Below the pieces are notes generated by a model, which worked only from the letters and a program-made list of their open reading frames with translations, was not told where the DNA came from and made no database searches. From Mobula hypostoma (lineage: Eukaryota): a stretch of DNA of 64,000 bases. The translations under genes were made by a program, and so were the position numbers. How positions within the stretch are numbered: the stretch's first letter is position 1; every line of letters begins with the position of its first letter. The DNA is taken from positions 29,266,001 through 29,330,000 of the forward strand of contig NC_086118.1 of the NCBI RefSeq assembly GCF_963921235.1. Direction: 5' to 3'. Shown one piece after another: positions 26,669 to 39,489 of the stretch.

Positions 26669-28071
26669 TATATCCTAATGTTTCCTGTGTGCAACTGTTT
26701 TGTTTTTGTTCTCTCAAGCTCTAGTTGGCCATAGCTGTATGGCTTTCAGATGTATGTCTTTATTCTTTTTCTTTTGAATATCTCCCAATCATTTCACTAG
26801 TTAACATATTTGTCCAGTTCACCAGAGATGTTATTATCATTATAGTTGGCCTCGCCCAAATTCAAATTTGAGCTCTTAATCATATAGGGCTAGAAATAAA
26901 CATGATCACATAATGGTTACCATTAAGTGAGTGTCCACACCTTTTTAGGCTGTGAGCTAAACTCAATTCATTTCTCATTACTAATCCAATATAGTTAGTT
27001 CTTGACTTGGTTCTGGGGCATATAGAAATCTCTACTGGGAACATCTTGAAATTTACTGTTTTAGTGAAGTTAGAATACTTATCTCAATCTTTGGGAATGT
27101 AAATTCACTGTTACAATGGCCATGCTTTTATTCACTCTACTTGCAAATTCATATGCCATTGAAATAGTTTTGCATTTAATTGTTCTCTTTCATTATTTAT
27201 CTTATTGACTTGTATACCGGACTATTTTAAGCCATACCTCACCACTCTCCACCATGTATTCTTCTTAGATGAATTCAGATCTATGGTTCATTTAGTTTGT
27301 TCCTTTGCACAAGAAATGTAACTTGCTGTATTGATGTGCACAAGACAAAATCACATTTCTCTCTCCAAGTACTTGTAATTTAGTAGTGGGAAAATTATAA
27401 CTAGTGATTCAGTTTTTAATTTAGAAATCAATTTGATTCTTTAACCCAAATATCCTACCCTTGCCTTTTCTCAATTAGTTTATTAGGTGAAGTCTTGTAG
27501 GTGCCCCATTTTTGTCTTTTTTTTTTGCCACTACACTAGTCTCAGTTTGGTTCAACTGGAGACCATTTAAATAATGCATTTTCTTTTTGTTTTGATTCAA
27601 ATAAATATCTGTACATATTGGATAGTGACTTAATTTCCTCGTATAGTAATCCCACATGTCCATTTGCATGTGGGCTTGGGTAACAATCTAAAGATTTTAA
27701 AGCTTGTGATAGTGTTTCTTGAGCTGAGGCAGTTATTCTGTAGTAAGTGCAACTTGCCGGCTCAAGTCGGTCAAAACATGGGCTGGAACACCTATGTAAA
27801 GTCTCTCCTCCTTTCATATCCTCCTTGGTCTTTCCTGCTTGTATCCCTCAATATGTTTTAATGTTTCATTCCTTTCCAATGATTCTCCATCTGAATATGG
27901 GAACCCTTGCCAGATTCCACTTTAGTTATCTAATGGTAGTAAGAAAACATCCTCCAACGCCTTTTCTCCTTTCCTTGGATTGTTTGCTTTAGAAGCTGTA
28001 AACCACCTTGCCTTTCTGGTTCTGAACTTCAACATAAACCTCTTTAAAAATAGGCAAAGACATATATTTTT

Positions 28072-29155
28072 GGTGGCATGGCTGCATAGTGCTTAGCGTA
28101 ACACTTTACAGCACCATTGCACAACCATTTTTTCGAAAATGTTCCTTCCTCAAAATTTTTTTTTTTGTTTATGATAGACTGCTTGAAGCTGAACACAATT
28201 ATAATTTCAGATTACTTGTATCACGTAGGAATTTGGAGAAGCAAGCAATTCACTTTTCGTGAATACTATGCATTTAATTGCATAATGGTGATGTTGTTTT
28301 GCAATAGATCAACTAAGCTAAAAATATTTTGATTTTTGTTTGTATTCTGTATCTGAGGCTTCTCTCAAGTGTTCAACAATAATCATCCAGCATTGATGAA
28401 TTCCAGTTGCTTTGATATCATTTCTCCATAACCACAATGTCCTGGTGAAACCTTTCACCATGCTCATCACTTACAGTGCCAAGATTTGCAGAGAAATCTA
28501 AATGAGAATGCAGAAAATAAATCTTTAGTGACAGGTTGTACTTCATGGTTTTGTATGCCTGGCACACGTTGTCAACCAGCTGCACATAGTTTGGAGCCTT
28601 TGTAGTTGCCAAGAAAATTTACAACATACTTAAATGCCTTCCATGCGATTTTCTCCGGTTCCATCAGAAGTCTTCGAATTGCCTGTCATTGAGGACCTGT
28701 TTGATTTGTCGTCAACAAAAATGCTTTCCTTAATCTTGGCATCAGTTACTCTGGCTTGAATTATGAAAAGAAATAGCAAATTCAGGCGATTTATTTATTT
28801 TTATTAAATAGATAATTTCATGGTGATTTTCATGATCAGCTGCCCAAAATCTATAGAAAAGCCTCAAAGTATTTGGGAAGCCAAATCTTTGTTGTCCAGT
28901 GTAATCGGGGTTCAATTCCCGCTGCTGTCTGTAAAGAGTTTCTATGTTCTCTCCATGAATGCGTGGGTTTCCTTCCGGTGCTCTGGTTTCCTCCCACAGC
29001 CCAAAAGCTGATGGATAGCTAGCAAGTTTGGACATGCTATGTTGGCACCAGAAGTATGGTGAAACTTGCAGGCTGTCCCCAGCACGTATGTTGGTCACTG
29101 AAGCAAACCATGCAGTTCACTGTTTTGGTATACATGTGACAGATAATGCTATCAT
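28072..29155 (+). mobile_element. V-SINE split by a DNA transposon
   Basis: tRNA-like head at 28072-28114; the SINE resumes at 28902 with a B-box (ggggttcaattccc) and V-domain tgcgtgggtttccttccggtgctctggtttcctcccacag. Confidence 0.75.
28115..28901 (-). mobile_element. Internally deleted DNA transposon, probably CMC/Chapaev3-like
   Basis: Peptide SLKIYFLHSHLDFSANLGTVSDEHGERFHQDI; imperfect TIRs CATTGCACAAC (28115-28125) and GTTGTCCAGTG (28891-28901), then TAA. Family assignment is from memory of the motif. Confidence 0.6.
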
Positions 29156-32100
29156 CATCATTTACATATGATGATGGCTCCCAGTTCACTTCAACTGTTT
29201 TACAGCCAGTATTATCAATTATACTGGGTGCACCTGAAATTCTTTTCGTTGAAGTGCAAAAACCAAAGCCAATGGATTGCATTGCTTTCAATCTTCCTCA
29301 TCTGCCTCTACCTCAGACTGAGTTTAGCTGTTTGTAGTCTCAGTGCATTTTGATCTTAAATGGAACTACTCAGGCTCTTAAACAAGCAGCCTACTATCGG
29401 CATTGTAACCCCACACACCTGTGCCTCTAATTGAGTTTCTCCATTGTTTTGGTATTTTCAATTATTTCAGAGTTCATCTGCCAGCCCTCCTTTTCTGCTG
29501 TTCCCAAATGTACTTGATCTAATGATAGCCTTGATTATTTTCTCTGTAGGAATACATTGTCTTTGTCCTTCTGTACTTTAATTTTTGATCTTATTTTAAT
29601 ATTTAAGTATATTTAAATACCTGTTGCTCCATAGCTCTGTGTGCCTTCAATTTCATAAATTCAGTTCCCTACAGTTCTTATTTCTGATGTTACCTCTCAC
29701 CTTTTCCAGATTTCTCTTTATTTGAAATGTATCTAGCGCTAAGTTTATCAACACTTGGCCAATTTATCTCTTTTTGACTGTACGAATTCTTGCCTTTTCT
29801 TCCAGATTGCCACAGGATACTTTGCTACAATAAAACAATGCTGTCTTAGTGCAGAGTATTGTTCAATGGAACATATTTTTGTGTGCACAATTGAACAAAT
29901 ATTGTAACCTCTTGCAGCTGTTTGTACAGGTAATGTGATTGGATCATATTTGACAGTAAGTTAATTCTAAAACAGCAGATTATTGATTTATGGAAGAAAA
30001 TTTTAGGTGTCTTCTGTGACTGCAAAGGTGTTGCATGTATCTTGATTTCATAAATTGCTTCAATTTCTTCTGTGCTATGGATTCGTGTAGCAGCTGGATA
30101 TACTCGTAATTCCAAGGAGCCTGATGGTGCCTGAAGCTTTTGACTTAGTTTACACGGCAATCTGAATAACAAGTGCTGTGGCTTAGCAACCAAGTTACAC
30201 GTTTGTGCTCAATGATAGGCAGGTTTTCATGACCTTCATTTAACCTTGGCAATTGAACAATGTGATGAATTCTCCTGTCTTGGTCTATCTTGCAGGTTCT
30301 ATTATAATTTATGGTTATATCAGCAATAAAGATGTTTTGTTAGTGGAGCTATTGTTCATACTAACCTGTACGGATACTAGCGCATGTTGACATGCTGTAT
30401 CTAAACTATAAACGTGCCTTTCTATCAAGGGACTTCATAATGTTCTTGTGGGCATAATTCAGCAAGCATTAAATAAAATGTGTTTTGGAGTGGAATGTGC
30501 TTGCTTTTTTAGACTACTTTTTCCAAATAGATTTCTTGATATTTTTTCTTTCAGTACAGTGTCAACCAGTTTAGACAATAAATCTTGAAACTTTAAATCC
30601 TGTGTATGTATTTGTTACGTATTGAATGTCAGTGCTGTAATGCTATGCTAAACAACGTCGGCTGATGCTTCTAAATGGCATAAAACAGAAGCTTATTTGC
30701 ATGCAACCAACCACTGAATGCGGTTGTTTTTTTGGCTGACTTTCAAAAACCAGTTGGGGCTAATTGCATTGCCAGAAGAAAATATTTAATGACAAAGAAT
30801 TTTTTGAAAAAAAGATGAGTTTATTATCATTAATTAGATAATAAAGATAGATTTTTCTTGGGATAATTTAATATTGAAACCTACCTCTAAAAATACATTT
30901 TCAAGCAGAGGAGGACTGGTTGTCAGCAAATGCAAGTTGTCAACAACATATACTACACTGTCTAGCATGCAGACAGGATGAGGCTTAAGCCACACACAGC
31001 CGACATATTGAAGCAACAGAGGCAAGAATAGGTGCAAACCCGAACCTCTTTGCACAAAATGTAGCTTATCCAGGAATGGTTGGGTGTCACCTTCAGTTAA
31101 TAATTTTCAACAACAGTCCCCTATGGGTCAGAAAATACCAAGTAATTGCTGCTTTGTTCTCAATGTATTTCATTACATTAGAAAGCTGCTGCATACATTC
31201 TAAAATAGTTGGCTGTTGAAATTGAGAAAATGGCGTCTTAAGATTCATATTTTTATTAAAGAAATATTGCATCTTGTTTAAACACAGTAATGAAGTTAAT
31301 ATATAGATGTGTAAGTTTTGATGGTATTTTTCATTTTATTGTCATAAAGTTTTTGAAAAACTAACTGATAAATAAAAAGGTGTGATAAAAGACACACCAG
31401 TTTCTCAGCCTATTAGATAATATCTTTAAAACAAAGTTTGTAAGATTATACAAATTTGATATCTTGGAGTTATTCTTTTGTGATTGACAGCTCAGTGTGC
31501 TGTATAAACACTAAGTTTGTGATTTTCAGTTTTGGTATGTTTGTTACCAGTTAAATCTCCTATGACTTCTATTAAATATCGCAAATTCTAATGATTTTAT
31601 TAATAACCATTTTTAAAAAATTATGCCTTAATGAAATTGTAGATTATTTAGATTTCCATAAGATGATGAGTTGTATAGGTGATATGCAAAAAAAACAAGG
31701 TTCCTTTGCTTCATCTAAGAAAAAAAATTCAATTGGCTTTCTGAATTTTACTTATGAACATTTATGAATTGAATATTGTAATCCTCTTCTAGAGGCTGGA
31801 AAGATTGCAACAAAGTCCTTTGAAGCTATTCCATCTAAAGTGGGGGTCATGGATTTAATGCTTAGTTGTAATTTATGAACCAATGCTACGTTACAGTTGG
31901 CATCAGTGTTTCTGCACTAGAAACAAAAATATGATGAATCCCACTGATCATTGCGACCGTAGCCATGCTTAAATAATTGAATGCATGTATTTTTGTAGGA
32001 AGCTCAATGTGGTGTCTGTTATAGTAAAGAACCTTCATATCTGACTAGGTTTGTATTTGTTAAATTTTGTGCTGGAAAGTTGTACCCCTTTTCCTTTGGA

Positions 32101-32929
32101 AGAGGAAGGAATACCAAGTGAGAATTAAACAGTGAAAAAGGGGTAGAAAAGGAGTCTTTGAACCATCATTTAAGCAATGTGAAAGAGTCTACCCCATAAC
32201 TGGTGTCTCCATAGGGAACAAAAGCCACCAACATTTGCAAGTTAAGGAAATGTACATAGACAGGGCCAGTGAAAGTTAGTCATAATTAGAGAAGAACACA
32301 AGAGAGAAGGACTGAAGCTATCTTGGATGTGGAATGGAATTCCTGCCCTGAAAAAAAAAATCATGTTGTTCTTTACTATCTTGTTGAATTTTGTAACATT
32401 TTGCCTGCAGTAGGAATCTCACTCCTCAAGTTATTGTTTGTCATTAGGAGGCATTCAAATTCTGACTTGCCAATCTAAATTGGTCCCATTCCTCTCGACA
32501 TGCAGCCTTCCATCTGATTTCAGTAGGTGAAGGTAAGAGAAAAACAGTGGGGAAAGCTCCCTTTTTCCCACCCTGATGTTTTCAATTCCTCCTAGACCAT
32601 TCCTGCAGGAAAGGATATTGCTTGTGGTTGTGGATGAGCTGATCTAATTGTTTTGGGGGATGCAGATATGAAGCAGGGAAAACAGTTGGTCTGGATTTTT
32701 CTACTTAATTGTTAAGTTGTAATTTACTGAGGTGTAGTGTCTGCTTTGTTTGAGGAATGACATTTTCCCACCTTACTTTCAAGAGTACCGTTCTAAACCT
32801 TGCAGGAACAGTTTTATCCACTGTGAATATTATTGCAGTAGGACTGCTTTGGTGAAAATTAGTTGTAAATGTTGTCTTATTTTTTCACTTATAAGTGGAA
32901 ATATAATATAGATTTAAAACATGATGTCA

Positions 32930-34000
32930 ATCAACCATTGAACCTGCCATTCAGTTAGATTATAGTTCATCAGATCCTGTCTCCAGTCTCCTACACAAAC
33001 TTGCAATATTGTTTGACTTTTAAATGTTTGTCATTCTCCTCCTTGAATATGTTCAATGATTCTGCCTCCGCAGCTCTACAAATGGAGAATTCCATAGTCT
33101 GAGAGGAAATTCCAACTTTCAGTCTTAAATAGGTGAACCCTCACTCTGAAATTCTATCCTATCAATCTCCATCAGCATCTTCTGTTGAATTATATAAGAG
33201 ATGAATGAGGCAGACTTTCAAAATACCTCATGGGTATCCCAACTTGTCAACATCTGTCAATACTTGCAACCTCTTCATTAAAGGACTCAACCTAGTGAAC
33301 ATATTCTGCTCCACTTCCAAAGCAGTATTTCATTCCTTTCGTATGGAGACAAAAAACATGTTTAGTAATTCAATGTTTGAATTCACCAGCTCCCTGTAAA
33401 ACTGTCCTGTTCTTATACATACAACTTTTGCAAGAATTGCGGTTATTTCAAAAGCCTTCCTGATTACTTGTGCATCTACATGCCAGCTCTTGATGCTTCA
33501 TCTACTAAAAACTTCTTGTGTTGCAAAAATTTCTATTCTCAATTCACTTAAATATTTTACACTTTTTAAAAATTCTAACCTCAGTCTCCCAAACTATTTG
33601 CCCACTCATTTAATCATTGCAGGCTCTCTGTGTCCATGCTGCTACTATCACCATTTTGTATCATCATCAAAATTGATTTCATTATACTCTGTCCCTTCAT
33701 CCAAGTCTAAAATATAGACTAAATAGCTGAAGACCCAACACTGAAACCAGTGGTACCAGCTGGATACTGATTGCAATCCTAAAATGACCAATTTATCTGA
33801 CTTTTGATTTCTGTTAGTTGCATCCATTTCTATGCAAATTAATTAACTCTGGCTCAGGTGATTCAGTAACATTTACATGGCATCTTAGCAAGTGTATTTG
33901 AGAAATCCGAATATGTTACTTCTATTGGATTCACTTCACCTGCTTAGTTGTTTTATCTTCAGAGCTCTAACAAATTTGTTAAATGTTCTCTTTAAAATAT
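32930..34000 (-). mobile_element. Old, highly diverged CR1 LINE fragment
   Basis: Collinear similarity to 42240-43420 (gtcccttcatccaagtc, gacccaacactgaa, gaaatccgaatat). Confidence 0.65.
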
Positions 34001-35383
34001 AGACTTGGCTCAATAGTCATAATTTCTAAACCAAAATGGTTACAGCATTGAGATGCCTTTCTACATATCCTATTGATGCTGAGAAGTTCCACCTGCTGAC
34101 CCTATCTCTATAGGCTTGGCATTTTTTCCTGATCATATCTCTATCCACCTCCTTGAAGGCAGCAATGGCTGTGCATTCTGGATCCCAGCCAATGTTTTAA
34201 AAGAAAATTCTCATGTCACTCTTCAATTTCAACCCCCTTTATTTGTATTTGTAGCTACGAGGACATCTAGTCATTAACCCTTCTACTGTGTATCACAAAC
34301 ATTCTGATCAAAACTAGTTTGGTGTTTTCTATTACTCTGGGGTCCCCAGTTGTTCAAATACTCAGCTAAATTCCAATATTCTTTAATGTCTGTAACACTC
34401 TGCTTAATGTACGTATAATTAAGTGTCCAAATATCTGAGTGCTGAATACCACTTGTAGAACTAATTTGGCATAGCAGTATTTCTCATGACTACTACCTAT
34501 GGTTTGTCTTGTATGGATAATCTTTGGGTGATGTTCATTTCCCCCATATAAATTGGTCATACTCCTTACATACAAAAAATAACATCTGAATCATTCAAAG
34601 AGACTAGTCCTCTGACATTTTCAATTCCTCTAAATTGATTCTCATTCTCTGTGTATGTCTTTCTCTCTTTCTACCCCTGCCATGTTTTACCAATATCATC
34701 AAAGTGCATTCTGCTCCTAATTGGAAGGAGACTGCTAGCTCACTAGTGGATGGCATAATTGTAGTACCAGCACAAAAAAGAAACAATCTAGGAAAGTATT
34801 TTTCAATTGGGTTGTAAAGTTTTGCTGTAATGGCTGAAGCAAGGAAATAGGATCTGTCCCTAACATTGTACAGAAAGGGTTTTGCCTACAGTACTTCAAA
34901 TTGGCTGAATTTAACCATAAGAAGACATTGTCTCCAAAAGGGCAAAAGAAAGAGCCGAGATTATTCATTGGAATTATTCTCTGGCATCTTCTCTTAGCCT
35001 CTTCGAATTAGGATGTTCTAATCAGGAGCACTATCTGTCAGGATAGTTTATTGAATTTATTTGAATTCTCAGGATTTCTTATTGTACGTGGAGAATCTGG
35101 GGTACCAAAAATGCTTTTGCCTATTGCTATTAAAGTACTTGATTGATGCTTGACTGAGAATATGATCAGCTAGCAGCTGATACTAAATTGGTGTTCTATT
35201 TATTTTTTTCTCTCAGGCCAGGGTTCACTAAACTTCAACATGTGAATTAAAGTTGTATCAGGATAAGATGATGCAAATAGATTGGTTTGCAGTGTTTTTA
35301 AAGGTCGAGTGTGAAATTGCATAGCGCAATTTTTTTTACTTGTAGAAAATTATTTCTTACAGTTTTGTTTTGTTCTTTTCCAG

Positions 35384-37999
35384 ATCTCAGCCATAGTGGT
35401 TTGGGAACTCATTATGAAAATTCCCATTGGGGTCAACCCCCCTTTAGAAGTGAACCAAACAGCATCTGGGATAAAGTGATAATAGACGGAAGTGACAAAG
35501 AGGCTTGGCCTTCCATTTGTGGAAACGAGACTGAAACTGCCTCAGAATGCACAGACACTGACTCTGCCTCAAACTGTGGCTCTGATACTAGTAGCATGGC
35601 TACAGGGAGTGCACCAGGCAACTTCAATGGACAAAATAAAAATTGCAATAACAGTGGTAATGGGGCACTTGTCCAAAGCAGTTCAAACCAGAGTGCCATT
35701 GGAGGTGGAGCAAATGGTGGAAATGGAAATTCATCCAGAGTGTGGGCTGTTGCCTCAGGGTCTGCACCTGGTATAGGCCACTGCTCTGCTACCAGTGGAA
35801 GTGGAAAGATGGATAGCATCATGAGTGTAAATCCAAACTGTTGGGGCACTTCTGCATCTTCTGCTGGCATTAATCTGAATCTTAATCCCAATGCCAATCC
35901 AGCTGCTTGGCCTGTAGTTGGGCAAGAAATTCAAGGAACTGTAGGAGGAGGAAATGCTTCAACTGTTTGTAGTTCCAGTAATTCCATTGATCAGAGTCTT
36001 GGTAACCCTAATAATGGTCCGGCAGGTACATTAAATACCTGGGGAAATTTGCTGCAGCAGGAAAGCACAGAAATACAAACATCCACTTCACAGAATGTGT
36101 CTTTCAGCATCCAACCTCAGAACCTTAACACTGATGGACCAAATAACACTAACCCCATAAACTCTTCACCAAACCCTATCAATGCAATGCAAGCAAATGG
36201 ACTGCCTAATGTTTCTGTACCAGGAGGCTGGGCAATGACTGTAAGCATGGGTGCAATAAACCCATCACATCTTCAAAACCTTCCTGGTGCTAGTGGATCA
36301 CCTGCAGTTTCTCAGCTCAATGGAGGTAATAATGAAGGAATGAACAATCCTTCGTGTAACTCTGTGTGGGGAGTACCACACACTAATCCTACAGCCACCA
36401 ATGGTAACTCTGGATTTAGTCAGGGGAATGGAGACACTGTGAATTCTGCATTAAGTTTAAGTGCTAAGCAAACATTAGCAAACAATTCTAATATTGCTGT
36501 GGAAAAGGATGTTGGAAGCAATGCTTGGGACTCTGGTCCCCCTACCAGTCCTGGGGTACTGCCTTGGACAAGGGCTGGTAACATTGGGGGCTTGCACTCT
36601 GGTCCCAGTAACAGTGGAGCTTGGGGTAACACATCATCCAACAGGAACACCAATAATGGTGTAAATGGAGAATGGGGAAAACCGTCTAACCAGCATTCCA
36701 GTAATGAAGCAAATGGTAACGGAAAAGGATCGTGTACATGGGAGGGCCTTTGTGTTAACAGCCAAACTCCTGTTTTGCAGCAAAGTAATGAACAAATTAA
36801 CTCTTGGGCAAAACCTTCTGAATCGTGTACCACTGGTAGTGAGGGAAGTAATGAAAGTGGTACTAGCCATCATGAAGGAAGCACTGGAAGAAACGGAGGA
36901 AGACACAATGGTAGCCGGCGAAAGACTGATAAAGGAACAATTGAACAACAAGGGCTGGTCCAGAGTGTTGTATTAAAGTCTGATCATGATCCTAGAGTTT
37001 TATGTAATACTGGATGGGGCCAGACACCAGTAAAACAGAACATTTCGTGGGAAATTCAAGAATCTCCGAGATCTGAGCGAAAAAGTGACAATGGAACTGA
37101 GGCTTGGGGTTCAGCTGCTGCCCAATCTTCAAACTCAGGGGGGAGAAGTGATGGGTCCAGCATGAATAGTAGTAATACCTCTACAGTATCTGGGTGGGGA
37201 AATCATCCACCAACACTCATATCCAATAATACAGGTTGGGGAGACAAAGTATCCAATGGCCAAGGGGGATGGGGCGATTCTGCAAATTCTAATGCTGCTG
37301 CTACAGCCAAAAGTGGCCATGGCTGGAGTGGGGTTCCTAGTCAGGAGGAGAAGCCATCCACCTGGGTGGACTCACAGAAGTCTAAGCTGCAGAATTGGGG
37401 AGAAGGGCAGAAAACTAATCAAGGCTGGGCATCAGGAGGTGGGAGTGGAGGAGGGGATTGGACTGATTCTGCCACAGGACCTTTGGCTGAAGGAAAGAAA
37501 AATGGGTCTAGTTGGGACAATGAAAATAACCGATCTGCACCTAATTGGAATGAGACTACCAGACCACAGAATAGTGGGTGGAGTAATGGTACAACCAGCA
37601 AGCCAAACCCAAGTACAGGCTGGGGAGAGCCTTTAAAGTCAAATGTACCACAGAACTGGGGAAATAAACCTCAGGATAATAATGTTAGCACCTGGGGAGG
37701 GGCTGCTTCTGTTAAACAGTCTAATTCGGGTTGGGTTGGTGGACCTTTGTCTGCAAAACAGAAGGACAATGAACCCACAGGCTGGGAAGAGCCTTCCCCA
37801 CCATCTATTCGCCGTAAAATAGAGATAGACGATGGTACCTCAGCTTGGGGAGACCCAACCAATTACAAGAAGGCAGTAAACATGTGGGATAGAAACAATC
37901 CTGTGAATCAAAGCAGTAACAATACCGTGACTGAACAGCAACCGCCTCCGCCTCATCAGTCATCTGCCGCACAAAACCGCTCTCCACTACTTGCTCCAG
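35384..37999 (+). CDS. TNRC6C: TNRC6C giant exon, GW/WG-repeat Argonaute-binding domain
   Basis: Acceptor ttcttttccag|AT, donor CCAG|gtaaga; 2616 nt open frame, phase 1-1; many GW/WG dipeptides; motifs DPRVLCNTGWGQTPVKQ and TGWEEPSPPSIRRKIEIDDGTSAWGDP. Confidence 0.97.
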
Positions 38000-38680
38000 G
38001 TAAGAATCACTATTATTTCAACTCATTGTATTTAGAAATAAGTTATTATCTGCAACAGAAATTAATATATTTAATATCTAGAAATATACCTGAAGTGCAC
38101 TTCATCTAATACAAAAAAGTGCAGATTGTTTTCAGTGTTATTTGATTGATAGATCCTTATCTGTGCAATAGTAAAGTGGATTGTCTTTTTTTTCTCCAAA
38201 CCTGCCTTATAAGACTTGTCTGAAAATGAGAAAAGCAGGTAACTTGTTCTCAAGGTTTTTTTCCAGAATTATTATACGTGGATGGTTAAGTTGAGCCAAA
38301 TAAGGAGTTTGTAAACTATAAAATGCTGAGAATCACATGCATATAGGTCATCTATAGAGTTGGAGTTGAGAACATACATGGAACAGGAGAAACTTCTACC
38401 ATTCAATAAGATTGTGATTGTTCATCTACTACTTTGACTCATTCCTGCACTAATCTGATATTCTTCGATTCCTGTAATATCTATAAATCCATCTAACTTT
38501 GCCTTGACTGTACTCTTAACTGATCCTCCACAACCTTTCTGGTTGAAGCTTTCCAAAGATTCACCATCTTTAAGTGAAGAAATTTCTTCTTTTTTTCAGT
38601 TCCACATACTTGATCCATTATTTGAGACTACTCTCTTCCTTCTTACTCCAAACAACCACCTCAAACTACTTAACCTATTA

Positions 38681-39489
38681 CAGTGGATTCCAGTTAATTG
38701 GTCATCAGTTAATCTGGGCAGCCGCTTATTTTGGACAACTCTTAAAAGAACAAACAAATTACGAAGGTAGCCAGGGTTCCCTTCATTGATTTGGGACACT
38801 ATGCTGGTTATTTGGGATGGGAGACTGTTGCTAAACAGTTTCTAACTAGCTTCAGTCACGTGCACTTGTATGACAACACCATGCTGAGTGTGAACAGTTT
38901 TTAAGTAGCGTCAGTTGCGTGTGTTTGTGTTCAAAAAGTTGTAATTTTTTTTCCACTGTTAGTTGTCAAGAAATAGGCAGTAAGTCAATTCAGAACTCTT
39001 TTGCTCACTACGTTTTCAAGCATTAGGCTTGGAGTTGCCAGAAACAGCCGAGATTGAAAATAAAATTATTTCACTACAAGTTAGGAACAAAGAAAAGTTG
39101 TACGGTATTGACAATCATCTTGAATCCTACAATGAAAATGAAGATTTGGAGGATGCATTGGTCAGCAGCATTGTATGATGGCAGTCCATTATCTGCATAG
39201 GTGTCTGCAGTGATTTTGTTCACTTAGTCATTCAAAAGAACCCGGCAGCATCCATGGATAAATTTCTCCGATAACTATTTGAAACAAATAGTTTTAAAAT
39301 ACTGTAGAGGAATTGGTAGAGTTCTAATTTTTTTCTGTATTTTATTTAAGTACATAATTTGTTACTCAGTTAAATGTTAGTTTGTCTTTTTTAAAAAAAA
39401 CACCCTTTTAATTATTTCCATGAAGCTTCAGCTAATTGGGGCAATTGTTTAATTGGCCCCGATGTGTCCCAAATAATTGGAATTTACCG
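38681..39489. mobile_element. Non-autonomous Tc1/mariner-superfamily element (Tigger/pogo-like)
   Basis: TA-flanked imperfect TIRs: ta|cagtggattccagttaattgg and ccaaataattggaatttaccg|ta. Confidence 0.65.

Noticed and set aside
35433..37987. Antisense and alternate-frame ORFs over the giant exon
   Set aside because: These are by-products of low-complexity Gly/Ser/Asn coding sequence with no recognisable domains.
35311..38109. The 932-aa ORF as a standalone single-exon gene
   Set aside because: Its ends are intronic read-through; splice sites at 35384 and 37999 define an internal exon in phase with its neighbours.
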